DNA of 53,348 bases from contig JBGPJO010000005.1 in the NCBI GenBank assembly GCA_041485465.1, positions 1-53,348 on the forward strand. The letters are read 5' to 3'. Of the stretch, positions 27,879 through 36,282 are shown piece after piece. The notes under the pieces are model-generated. The model had not been told where the DNA came from. It saw only the letters and a list, made by a program, of their open reading frames with translations, and did no database searches. A program made the translations under genes and the position numbers. How positions within the stretch are numbered: the first letter of the stretch is position 1; every line of letters starts with the position of its first letter. Origin of the DNA: Minisyncoccia bacterium (GTDB lineage Bacteria > Patescibacteriota > Minisyncoccia > Phycocordibacterales > JAKFXT01).

Positions 27879-30800
27879 TTAAATTTTCTCTATCAAAACC
27901 GATGGTTTAGGCGTCTCCCCCTCCTTAAAAATCACTTTCTCGGCATTTACCGTATGAGCGATTTCTTCTCTGAATTGCTCAATTTTCGCTGATTCGAAAA
28001 CATGGATGGTTACCGTGATTCGATCACCCGGCTTAAGAGAAAGATTTTTTCTTTTCTCCTGAATGTCCCGAATAACATCGCGGGCAAGCCCCTCACGGCG
28101 GAGCTCATCGGTCATCGACGTATCGAGCGCAACTTCTTCCTTCCCCTTTGCGGCAATTACTTCTTTAACGTTCAACTCTTCGGCGATGAGAAACGTCAGT
28201 TCCTTATGCTTTAAGATATTTTTATTTGAAAGGGAAATTGACTTCAAGGGTTGCCGGACTTTGATCCCCGCTTTTGCCCTGGCTTCAAGCCCGAGCGAGA
28301 CGACGCGACGAGTTTCCGCCATAAGAGAGAGTAACGGAGCGTCAATGGTGCCCCCTCTAGGCCAGTCCTCAAGATGAACGCTTTCCTGATCCCCCTCTTT
28401 TTTAAGTTTTAGGAAAAGATGCTCAGCGGTGAAGGGCATAAAGGGTGCGATCAGTTTGGAAAATTCACGGAGAACAAAGGAGGTCGTCATCCGAGCAAAA
28501 TTTTTATCAGCCTCATTATCTCCCTTGAAACGGTCCCGTGATCGGCGCAGGTACCACGTCGAAAGATCATCGACAAAAGAAAGAATCGGCCGTGTCGCCT
28601 TGTCAATCTCATAGCGCTCCATCGCTTCCGTCATTTCACTTAAAAGCTCATTGAAGCGCGAGAGAATCCACCGATCAAGCACATTAGGGCTTTTTTCGGG
28701 CTTCGCCACACTTTCTTTTTTATAGAGCTCATAAAAGGAAAAAATATTTTCAAGGCGGGCGATGATTTTCTTTCCCGCCTCATCAACGCCGCGCTCGGAA
28801 AAATTAAGATCTTCGCTTCGGACAACCGGAGACGAGAGGAGATAATACCGAAGCGCGTCCGCGCCGTAACGATTAACAACATCGATCGGATCGGGATAAT
28901 TTTTAAGCCGCTTCGACATTTTTTGTCCGTCTTCCCCAAGAATAAGGCCGTTTACTATTACGCGCTTGTAGGGGCTTTTTCCAAAGAGCGCAACACCAAG
29001 AACAAGCATCGAATAAAACCAGCCTCGCGTCTGGTCGAGTCCTTCGGCAATAAAATCAGCGGGGTATCCTAGCCCGTGAGGTGGATCAAATTGTTTTTTA
29101 TCGAACGGATAGTGAAATTGTCCGTAGGGCATTGAGCCCGATTCAAACCAGCAATCAAAGACTTCCCGAACACGCTTAAAAGCACCGCCACAATCGCAGG
29201 GAAAAACTACCGAGTCTATATAGGGGCGGTGAACGTCAAACTCGTATTCTTGATTATGAGGTAAAGGTTTAAAATGAAGCTCTTTGACTTCAGCGGTTCT
29301 TGGAAAATCATCTGCCTTCCCCCGTAAGATGAGTGCTTCTTTAGGGGTGAGACCTTTTGCGACAGCGAGAAGCATCCACCCCGGATATTCGTGGGTGATA
29401 ATCAGTATCTTTTTGTCAGAATATTTTTTTTCAATGTCATAGAGAAATTCTCCTACTCTTTGCTTCAAATCAGAGAGTGTCTCACCCCCTTCCGGGCGCT
29501 TAGTGAAATACTCGTCCCAAGACGAAAAAAAGGCGTGGTACTGAGCAACTGGTTTTCCGTCAAATACACCGGCATGGATTTCAAAAAGTCGATTGTCGAT
29601 AAAGATACGATCATCCGGGATGTTGAGCTCAGCGGCAACGCGCTTTGCGGTCTCTCGAGTGCGTTTAAAAGGCGAGACGAAGATATAATCTATTTTTTCT
29701 TTTTTAAGTTCGCCCGCGGCTCTGTCGACATCTTTTTCCCCTTTCGGCGTAAGCGAAATCGCATCATTTTCACTCGAACTTACCGTGTTTTTGATATTAT
29801 GTTCAGCTTCACCGTGCCGCATCAGAAAATAGGTATTGCCGGATGTTTTTGTTTGTTTTAAAAGCTCTTCAAAAGATCCGATGACCATTCGCGATTCACA
29901 TTGGTCGCACTGCCACACGGGCAAGGGTGCCCCCCAGAAACGAGAGCGGGAAATCGCCCAATCGGGCGCGGTTTCGAGGATGTTTTCAAACCGTCCCCTT
30001 CCCAAATGCTCCGGAGTCCATTTTATTTTTTTATTTTCCCTGATCAGTTTGTCTTTTATTTTTGGGACATTTAAAAACCATGAAATAGCGGCGTAATTCA
30101 AAAGCGGCGTATCGCACCTCCAACAAGAGGGATACGGGTGAGTGATTTTTTCTTTGGCAAAAAGAAGGTCGCGGGAAGCGAGATTTTTTATGATCAGAAC
30201 ATCGCTTGATTGATGATCTTCTTTCGGTTTGGCCTGAAGGCCGGAAAAATCGGAGATTTCTTTTTTGAAAGCGCCATCAATACCGACATGGTGAACAATC
30301 GGGATTTTTTCTTTGATCGCAAGTTCCAGATCGTCAGCGCCGAATGCTGGAGCGATGTGGACAACCCCCGTCCCCGCTTCAAGGTTTACAAAACTCGCTC
30401 CGTATATTTTCCAGGCATTCCCTTTGTTCTGAATTTCTTTTTCTTCGTAGTAATCAAAGGGCGGAGTGTAAGATTTGCTCACCAAATCCTCACCGTGTAT
30501 CTCTTCAATAATTTTAAATCCTTCTTCAAGAAGAGAAAATTTTTCTTTGGCAATAATAAACTGTGTTCCGTCTTTTTCCGCTTTGACATAGACAATATCG
30601 GGGTTCACCGCTACCGCCATATTTCCAGGGAGCGTCCATGGCGTTGTCGTCCAGACAAGAAGATATGTACCCGGTTCGTCGATAAGCCCGAATTTCACCG
30701 TGACTGCTAAATCAGAAATATCTTTATAGCCCTGAGCAACTTCAAAATTCGAAAGAGTCGTTTCGCACCGTGGACACAGATGCATGCTCTTAAAGCCCTG

Positions 30801-31340
30801 ATAGATAAGGTCTTTTTCATAGAGCGACTTAAAAGCAAACCAGACGCTTTCAGTGTACGAGGGGTCCATCGTTGAGTAGGCGTTTTCCATGTCGACAAAA
30901 CGCCCCATGCGCGGGATGATCTTTTTCCAGTCATCGGTATAACGAAGAACTTCTTTCCTCGCCGCCTGGTTGAATTTTTCAATGCCGAGCGCTTCTATAT
31001 CTTTTTTTATCTTGAGGCCGAGTTCTTTTTCTACGACATTTTCAACGGGAAGACCGTGGCAGTCCCACCCCCATCGCCGAAAAACCTTTTTGCCACGCAT
31101 CGTCTGATAACGCGGAATTGCATCTTTAATCGTCCCCGCAAGAATATGTCCATAGTGAGGCAATCCCGTCGCAAATGGCGGACCATCATAAAAAACGAAT
31201 TCTTCTTTGCCTTTTGCTTCGGCTTTCTCAAAGATCTTATTTTCCCCCCAAAAGGCTAAAATCTCTTCTTCACGAAGCGCGATCTGGCTTTTTTTTGTTG
31301 TTTGTTTCTCTTTCTCGATTCCACTCACGATGTTTTTCAT
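27879..31340 (-). CDS. ileS: Isoleucyl-tRNA synthetase (type 2) carrying a nested histidine-phosphatase domain
   Basis: 1153 aa with HYGH (PHYGHILAG), CP1 editing (TTTPWTLPGN), WAISRSRFWGAPLPVW, VFDCWFESGSMPY and KMSKR (GQKMSKRLKNYPDP). Confidence 0.95.
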   Translation of the reverse strand: MKNIVSGIEKEKQTTKKSQIALREEEILAFWGENKIFEKAEAKGKEEFVFYDGPPFATGLPHYGHILAGTIKDAIPRYQTMRGKKVFRRWGWDCHGLPVENVVEKELGLKIKKDIEALGIEKFNQAARKEVLRYTDDWKKIIPRMGRFVDMENAYSTMDPSYTESVWFAFKSLYEKDLIYQGFKSMHLCPRCETTLSNFEVAQGYKDISDLAVTVKFGLIDEPGTYLLVWTTTPWTLPGNMAVAVNPDIVYVKAEKDGTQFIIAKEKFSLLEEGFKIIEEIHGEDLVSKSYTPPFDYYEEKEIQNKGNAWKIYGASFVNLEAGTGVVHIAPAFGADDLELAIKEKIPIVHHVGIDGAFKKEISDFSGLQAKPKEDHQSSDVLIIKNLASRDLLFAKEKITHPYPSCWRCDTPLLNYAAISWFLNVPKIKDKLIRENKKIKWTPEHLGRGRFENILETAPDWAISRSRFWGAPLPVWQCDQCESRMVIGSFEELLKQTKTSGNTYFLMRHGEAEHNIKNTVSSSENDAISLTPKGEKDVDRAAGELKKEKIDYIFVSPFKRTRETAKRVAAELNIPDDRIFIDNRLFEIHAGVFDGKPVAQYHAFFSSWDEYFTKRPEGGETLSDLKQRVGEFLYDIEKKYSDKKILIITHEYPGWMLLAVAKGLTPKEALILRGKADDFPRTAEVKELHFKPLPHNQEYEFDVHRPYIDSVVFPCDCGGAFKRVREVFDCWFESGSMPYGQFHYPFDKKQFDPPHGLGYPADFIAEGLDQTRGWFYSMLVLGVALFGKSPYKRVIVNGLILGEDGQKMSKRLKNYPDPIDVVNRYGADALRYYLLSSPVVRSEDLNFSERGVDEAGKKIIARLENIFSFYELYKKESVAKPEKSPNVLDRWILSRFNELLSEMTEAMERYEIDKATRPILSFVDDLSTWYLRRSRDRFKGDNEADKNFARMTTSFVLREFSKLIAPFMPFTAEHLFLKLKKEGDQESVHLEDWPRGGTIDAPLLSLMAETRRVVSLGLEARAKAGIKVRQPLKSISLSNKNILKHKELTFLIAEELNVKEVIAAKGKEEVALDTSMTDELRREGLARDVIRDIQEKRKNLSLKPGDRITVTIHVFESAKIEQFREEIAHTVNAEKVIFKEGETPKPSVLIEKI
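29256..29837 (-). other. Histidine-phosphatase (PGAM/His_Phos_1-like) domain inserted in IleRS (about aa 502-695)
   Basis: The ordered motifs are FLMRHGEAEHN, FVSPFKRTRETA, LFEIHAGVFDG and ILIITHEYPG. They are flanked by the Zn knuckles WQCDQCES and FPCDCGG. Confidence 0.7.
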
Positions 31341-31355
31341 ACTAGCACTTTAGGT

Positions 31356-31389
31356 AAAGAAAAAAAGAAGCCGCCTCTAGGGCGGCTTC
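31356..31389 (-). terminator. Intrinsic terminator about 15 nt upstream of the ileS start codon
   Basis: The minus strand reads GAAGCCGCC ctaga GGCGGCTTC TTTTTTTCTTT. Confidence 0.7.
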
Positions 31390-31393
31390 AATG

Positions 31394-31633
31394 CTACCAG
31401 TGAAGACTGATCTCCATTCTTTCGGGCTCGCAGCTCCGTGCCTGTTGCAAGCATAGGGTAATTTCTCCATCCGATCGGACCAAGAAACTTGCCCCGGGGA
31501 CATTCCCGTACGCCGCCTTGATAGTACAAGGAAAGGTCGGAAGATTTTGAGCCGCGCGATCTTCCATGAGACGGCGGATCTGATCGGTTGCCAGAGGAAC
31601 ATCGTCAATCTTAACGTGGGTTGATTCAGTCAT
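31394..31633 (-). CDS. Small hypothetical protein (79 aa)
   Basis: The ATG at 31633 is preceded by GGGGG. A TATAAT box lies at 31676-31671 (minus strand) and a terminator follows directly. I recognise no family. Confidence 0.55.
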   Translation of the reverse strand: MTESTHVKIDDVPLATDQIRRLMEDRAAQNLPTFPCTIKAAYGNVPGASFLVRSDGEITLCLQQARSCEPERMEISLHW

Positions 31634-31683
31634 AGGGACCCCCACTGTACATGAGAATATCTAAAGGATAATTATACACCAAA

Positions 31684-33366
31684 TTACATCTTCTCGGGAA
31701 CCTTTATACCCAGGGCGGAAAGCCCATTTTCAATCACGGTAGCAGTCGCCTGAGTGAGCGCGAGGCGATAGGGTGACTCTGTAGAATCATCAATAATTCT
31801 ATTGTAGGCATAATAGGCGTTAAACGCTCCGGCAAGTTCAAGAAGGTAACTGACGAGAAGCTGGGGCGCGTAATTTTTACCCGATCGCTCCATGATTTCC
31901 GGCAACCGGCAAAGAAGTCTCTCAAGCGTCGACACCAGAGATGGAGCGTTATTCGCTTTAGAAATTTTCCCGACTTCTTTTCCCTTTTCAAGAACAGAAC
32001 GCGCCCGAACGGCAGTGTACTGAAGGTAGGGGCCTGAATCCCCTTCAAAAGAAAGTGACTTGTCGAAATCAAAAACAATATCTTTCCCGATCGATTGCCT
32101 AAGGATTGAGAATTTTATGGCGCCAATCGCGATTTCCTCTATTATTTTTTCCCGCTCATTTTTACCCATAGATTCATTCTTCATTTTTGAACGGATAACA
32201 CCGCTGACATCGGCAATGAGCGTCTCCGCGGTGATAACATCCCCGGTGCGCGAAGACATTTTCCCTGAGGGCAGGCGAAGTATACCGTGCGAAATGTGTA
32301 CAGTTTTCTCGGCAAGAGAAGAATTAATAATGGAGAGGGCTTTTAGTAATACTCTGAAATAATCTTTAATCTCGTTTGCGGTAACGACAACAGAAATATC
32401 GGATGGGTATGTTTTCTCCTTTAGAAACGCCAGGCCGAGCTCTTTTGCCTCGTACGTCGGTAACCCTTCTTTAGTAATAAAAACCCGGGTATGAAGGGAA
32501 TGCTTCTCGCCCTTAAAGATTATAGCTCCTTCACTTGCTTCAAAAACATTCGGTATGTTTTTTCTGACCAGTTCCTCGCCAATTTTTCCCGTTTCACTTT
32601 CGAAAAAAGAATAATCAAATTTTGTGCCAAGTTTTCGGTATATGGTCTCAAAATAATCAAGACTGGTTTTTTTACCGGAGTCGTAGAGCTTATTTATTAC
32701 CGCATCGGAGCGGTCATAGATCTTTTTATTTATCTCCTGTATTTCTCTTTTTGCGGTTTCATCTTCCTCGTAACTTTTCGCCCCCCCAACGTATCCTAGC
32801 GCTGAAGCTTGAACATTTTCTATTGTTTTTAGCCCGTCATTTTTTACCTTCCACAAGACTTTGGCAACATGAAGCCCCACATCGCCCTGGTAGTTTACCC
32901 GCTGTACCCGAGCGCCGTTCCATTCATAGAGACGCGCTATCGATTCACCAATGGCATTCGGCATAAGATGCCCGATATGAAATTCTTTGAACGGGTTCGG
33001 GTCTGTGTATTCAACCATCACTTTTTTGCCTTTGTAAATTTCAGTCTTCCCGAATTCCGGGTCTTTAATGATTTGACTGATGCTTTTTGTGAAAAAATCC
33101 CGAGAGAGAAAAATATTCACAAAACCGGGACCGGCAACTTCAATCCGATCTATTTCTATTACTTTTTGAGATCGTAATGTATCAGCAATCTTCTCCGCCA
33201 TATCGCGCGGATCCTTGCCGAGCTCTTTTGAGACAACAAGCGCTACGTTCGCCGAAAAATCTCCGTGATCGGGATCATCCGGATGTTCTATGGAAAAACT
33301 CACCTTCAATATACCAAGGTCTTTGAGAGTTTTATGTATTGCACTTTCTATGATTTTTCGAATCAC
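31684..33366 (-). CDS. argS: Arginyl-tRNA synthetase
   Basis: HIGH (EFHIGHLMPNAIG), a DALR-type anticodon-binding C-terminus and a protein ending in ...PEKM. The start is uncertain. The GTG at 33366 (VIRKIIESAI...) is chosen because the track's TTG at 33477 would overlap thyA. Confidence 0.88.
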   Translation of the reverse strand: MIRKIIESAIHKTLKDLGILKVSFSIEHPDDPDHGDFSANVALVVSKELGKDPRDMAEKIADTLRSQKVIEIDRIEVAGPGFVNIFLSRDFFTKSISQIIKDPEFGKTEIYKGKKVMVEYTDPNPFKEFHIGHLMPNAIGESIARLYEWNGARVQRVNYQGDVGLHVAKVLWKVKNDGLKTIENVQASALGYVGGAKSYEEDETAKREIQEINKKIYDRSDAVINKLYDSGKKTSLDYFETIYRKLGTKFDYSFFESETGKIGEELVRKNIPNVFEASEGAIIFKGEKHSLHTRVFITKEGLPTYEAKELGLAFLKEKTYPSDISVVVTANEIKDYFRVLLKALSIINSSLAEKTVHISHGILRLPSGKMSSRTGDVITAETLIADVSGVIRSKMKNESMGKNEREKIIEEIAIGAIKFSILRQSIGKDIVFDFDKSLSFEGDSGPYLQYTAVRARSVLEKGKEVGKISKANNAPSLVSTLERLLCRLPEIMERSGKNYAPQLLVSYLLELAGAFNAYYAYNRIIDDSTESPYRLALTQATATVIENGLSALGIKVPEKM

Positions 33367-33409
33367 GATAAAAGTATTGTAGCAAAAAGAGCCTCCCTCG
33401 CGCTCTTCC

Positions 33410-33437
33410 TTGACCACGTTTTCAGCCGTGCTAATCT
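33410..33437 (+). promoter_or_regulatory. Sigma70-like promoter for thyA-folA (TTGACC-16-TAATCT)
   Basis: TTGACC at 33410-33415, a 16-nt spacer, then TAATCT at 33432-33437, about 30 nt upstream of the thyA ATG. Confidence 0.4.
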
Positions 33438-33469
33438 CCAAAAAGACACGTTCACTGAAAGGTAAAGCG

Positions 33470-34351
33470 ATGTACAAACCTTATGAAGATCGAGTGCCGG
33501 ATTCTCAATATGAGGATCGCCTGCGCACTATTTTAAAGTTCGGCATGCGCGCTGCGGAAACTCCGCAAGGGGTGGCCGCACTCACCTGTTTTGGCACCCT
33601 CTCACCGATGGTGTTTGATGTCTCAAACGGAGCTCCGGTCATCACGAGCCGGAAGATCGGCTTTTGGCGGAAACCCATAGCCGAGATAACCGCCTTCATC
33701 AACGGAGCGCGTACCAACAAAGAACTCAAAGAGTTCGGCTGTGATTTTTGGGAGGAATACGAAACTTCTGGGAAATGTGAGCGAAAGGGGTTGGCGCGAG
33801 GCGATCTAGGGCCGGGTTCCTATGGAGCCGTGTTCCATGATTTCCCAATGCCTGACGGGGGCGGATTCAATCAATTTGCTCATGTTATCGACCAACTCAG
33901 AAAGTATCCGTGGGCACGGACGCACCTCATTACTCCTTGGGCTCCTTTCTATATCGGCCGCGGCGGTTTCCAGAAAGCCGTCGTGTCCCCCTGTCATGGG
34001 TGGCTCCACTTTCGTGTTATCGATGGCGAGCTCATGCTGAGGATGGATCAGCGCTCGGCAGATATGCCGATTGGCGTACCTTCAAACATGATCCAATACT
34101 TTGCTCTCCTCCTCATGGTGGCGCAAGTTGTCGGCATCAAACCCTACCGCTACATCCATAGCTTTGCCGATGCCCATATCTACGAAAACCAAGTCAAGAG
34201 TGTGGAGGAGCTACTCAACAGAGAGCCTCGGGTGTTCCCGACAATAAAACTGGACCCGGGAGTAAAAAATCTTTTTGACTTCCGCCCACAGCATTTCGAG
34301 CTTTCCGATTACAATCCACACCCGGCAATGAAAATTTCATACGTGCCGTGA
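33470..34351 (+). CDS. thyA: Thymidylate synthase (ThyA type, divergent)
   Basis: GDLGPGSYG, the SPCHGW catalytic Cys, DQRSADMPIGVPSNMIQY and ADAHIY blocks. The ATG at 33470 follows AAAGG. Confidence 0.9.
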   Translation: MYKPYEDRVPDSQYEDRLRTILKFGMRAAETPQGVAALTCFGTLSPMVFDVSNGAPVITSRKIGFWRKPIAEITAFINGARTNKELKEFGCDFWEEYETSGKCERKGLARGDLGPGSYGAVFHDFPMPDGGGFNQFAHVIDQLRKYPWARTHLITPWAPFYIGRGGFQKAVVSPCHGWLHFRVIDGELMLRMDQRSADMPIGVPSNMIQYFALLLMVAQVVGIKPYRYIHSFADAHIYENQVKSVEELLNREPRVFPTIKLDPGVKNLFDFRPQHFELSDYNPHPAMKISYVP

Positions 34352-34363
34352 CGGGAGGACACG

Positions 34364-34897
34364 ATGCAAATTGGAATCGTCGTAGCAATGTCTAGGAATC
34401 GTGTCATCGGCAAAGAAGGAACTCTGCCGTGGCGACTTAAAGCCGATCTTGCCCGTTTTACCCTAATCACTACTGGTCATCCGGTCATCATGGGCAGAAA
34501 AACTTTCGAGTCGATCCTTACTCGGAACAAAAGGCCCCTGCCGAAACGGCCAAACATTATCATCACGAGAATGAGAGACTTCCGAGCAGGGGGTGACAGT
34601 CACGTGACTCACTCTCTTGACGAAGCCCTCTCAAAAGCAAGGCTGTACAGAGATCCGATGGCTTTTGTCATAGGCGGAGCTGAAATATTCAGTCTCGCCC
34701 TGCCAAGAGCGGATCGAATCTTCCTCACAATCGTTGAAACCGAATGCGAGGGAGACGTGTTCTTTCCTAAATACGACCTGAGCTCCTGGTCGGTTGAGCG
34801 GAGCGAAACCCTAAACCCGGACCACGAAAACGAGTTTGCTCAAACATTCACGGTCTATCGACGACCCAAAGAACTTGACCTTCTGGCCGCATCCTAA
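34364..34897 (+). CDS. folA: Dihydrofolate reductase
   Basis: IVVAMSRNRVIGKEGTLPWRLKADLARF...VIMGRKTFESI...FVIGGAEIF. Confidence 0.93.
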   Translation: MQIGIVVAMSRNRVIGKEGTLPWRLKADLARFTLITTGHPVIMGRKTFESILTRNKRPLPKRPNIIITRMRDFRAGGDSHVTHSLDEALSKARLYRDPMAFVIGGAEIFSLALPRADRIFLTIVETECEGDVFFPKYDLSSWSVERSETLNPDHENEFAQTFTVYRRPKELDLLAAS

Positions 34898-34917
34898 CGG
34901 ATGCGGCTTTTCTTTTT
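34886..34917 (+). terminator. Intrinsic terminator (the folA stop codon lies in the loop)
   Basis: GCCGCATCC taac GGATGCGGC TTTTCTTTTT. Confidence 0.7.
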
Positions 34918-34950
34918 GCTTAAAAGTGTATCCGCCTATACTATTGCTTT

Positions 34951-35400
34951 ATGAAAAAAGAAGAGGGTGACCATGTTAATATTTTCCACGCCCGAAACGA
35001 TAAACAAAAACGGGTTATGGAGCGCATCATAAAAGACAGGATCTGCCCGTTTTGTGAAAAACATCTTGATCATTACCATACGCCGCCAATAATAAAAAAA
35101 ACAAAATACTGGATACTGACAAAAAATATGTTTCCGTATGAAGGAGCTGAACTCCATCTCCTTTTCATTAATCGCGCCCACCTTACATCTATTGCGAAAC
35201 TTTCAGCCTCTTCCCGAAGCGACCTCTTGGCACTTTGCCAATGGGCTCTGAAAAAGTACCGCCGAAAAGCGGGCTCTTTCCTTATGCGTTTCGGTGAATC
35301 GCAATATACTGGAGCAAGTGTTGAACACCTTCACGCTCATCTCGTTTTTAGCAACCCCCGTTCAAAAAAATACAAGCCTATAAAAATAAAGATAGCTTAA
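34951..35400 (+). CDS. HIT-family nucleotide hydrolase/transferase
   Basis: 149 aa with a CPFC knuckle and the histidine triad VEHLHAHLV. Confidence 0.8.
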   Translation: MKKEEGDHVNIFHARNDKQKRVMERIIKDRICPFCEKHLDHYHTPPIIKKTKYWILTKNMFPYEGAELHLLFINRAHLTSIAKLSASSRSDLLALCQWALKKYRRKAGSFLMRFGESQYTGASVEHLHAHLVFSNPRSKKYKPIKIKIA

Positions 35401-35421
35401 AGAAAAAGAGGCCTCCCATCG

Positions 35422-36282
35422 TTACGGGGAAGCCTCTTCAGTTTCAACAAAGATCAGTTCAACATTCTTTTCGCGAAGGATGCTCTCGCCGTCGAGCATT
35501 GCATAGCCACTCCCGAAATAGCAGCGAGCAATACCCGAATATGCGATAAGCTTGGCACAGGGTGGACAGGGAAAGGTGCTCACGTAGAGAGAACCGCCAG
35601 CAAGGGCAAACCCTTTTCGGGCGGCCTCGGCAATGATCCCCGCTTCAGCATGAAGTGCGGTAGAGAGCTCAATGTGAACGCCCTTCTTAAAACAATTTCG
35701 CGGGTCGCCATCGATGTATGGGCTGTATTCGCTTGGCACGTGACGATTCCAGGCAAAAAGAGTCGGGGTTTCTTTCTGTACCAAGATTCCACCAACCTGC
35801 CGCCACCAATCAGAACTACGTCCTGCGGCCAAAAAAGCCCGCTGCATCATTTCCCGATCGAATTTTTCTCTTGAAATAGTTCGATCGGCCGCTACCACCC
35901 TGGTCTCATGAGCATTATCCCTGTTCCAGCGCAAAAACACAGGAGCAAAAATAACATCCGTAAGACCGAAGTAGTTTTCAGCAACAGTAGGCGAGAGATC
36001 ATCCTCCGGCATGACAATTGTCGTTGTAGAATCGAGAACGGAACCGAGGCGCTTTGCTTCGAGACGATCGAGAATCTCAATCTTGGGAAGTAACTGTAAT
36101 CCTGTAAGAGCCCGTAGCGCTTCGTGTGGGTTCAGTGCCCGGATCTCCTTGCGGAGGTAATCGAAATCGGCAAGAATGTCCTCGCCGAAGACATAAAATA
36201 CCTCCGCGTCCTTATGGGCTTCGATGAGGTTAATAATGCCGCGTTGGATAACCGGAACATAAGCAACAATGATCTTCTTCAT
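35422..36282 (-). CDS. dCMP (deoxycytidylate) deaminase with an unassigned N-terminal domain of about 140 aa
   Basis: The C-terminal half has the zinc motifs HAEAGII and PCPPCAKLI of the cytidine/dCMP deaminase fold. The start overlaps the upstream gene by 4 nt (ATGA). Confidence 0.85.
   Translation of the reverse strand: MKKIIVAYVPVIQRGIINLIEAHKDAEVFYVFGEDILADFDYLRKEIRALNPHEALRALTGLQLLPKIEILDRLEAKRLGSVLDSTTTIVMPEDDLSPTVAENYFGLTDVIFAPVFLRWNRDNAHETRVVAADRTISREKFDREMMQRAFLAAGRSSDWWRQVGGILVQKETPTLFAWNRHVPSEYSPYIDGDPRNCFKKGVHIELSTALHAEAGIIAEAARKGFALAGGSLYVSTFPCPPCAKLIAYSGIARCYFGSGYAMLDGESILREKNVELIFVETEEASP

Noticed and set aside
31341-31683. Possible T-box riboswitch leader for ileS, given a terminator right before an aaRS start
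   Set aside because: No T-box consensus (AGGGUGGnACCGCG-like), specifier-loop or Stem I features were found. The segment instead has a promoter, an SD and a clean 79-codon ORF.
33470-34351. Idea that the divergent ThyA homologue is a dUMP/dCMP hydroxymethylase used for DNA hypermodification
   Set aside because: The specificity Asn (PSNMIQY) and the catalytic Cys are ThyA-like. The gene is also directly followed by folA, and DHFR is needed only if the enzyme produces dihydrofolate, as a true thymidylate synthase does.
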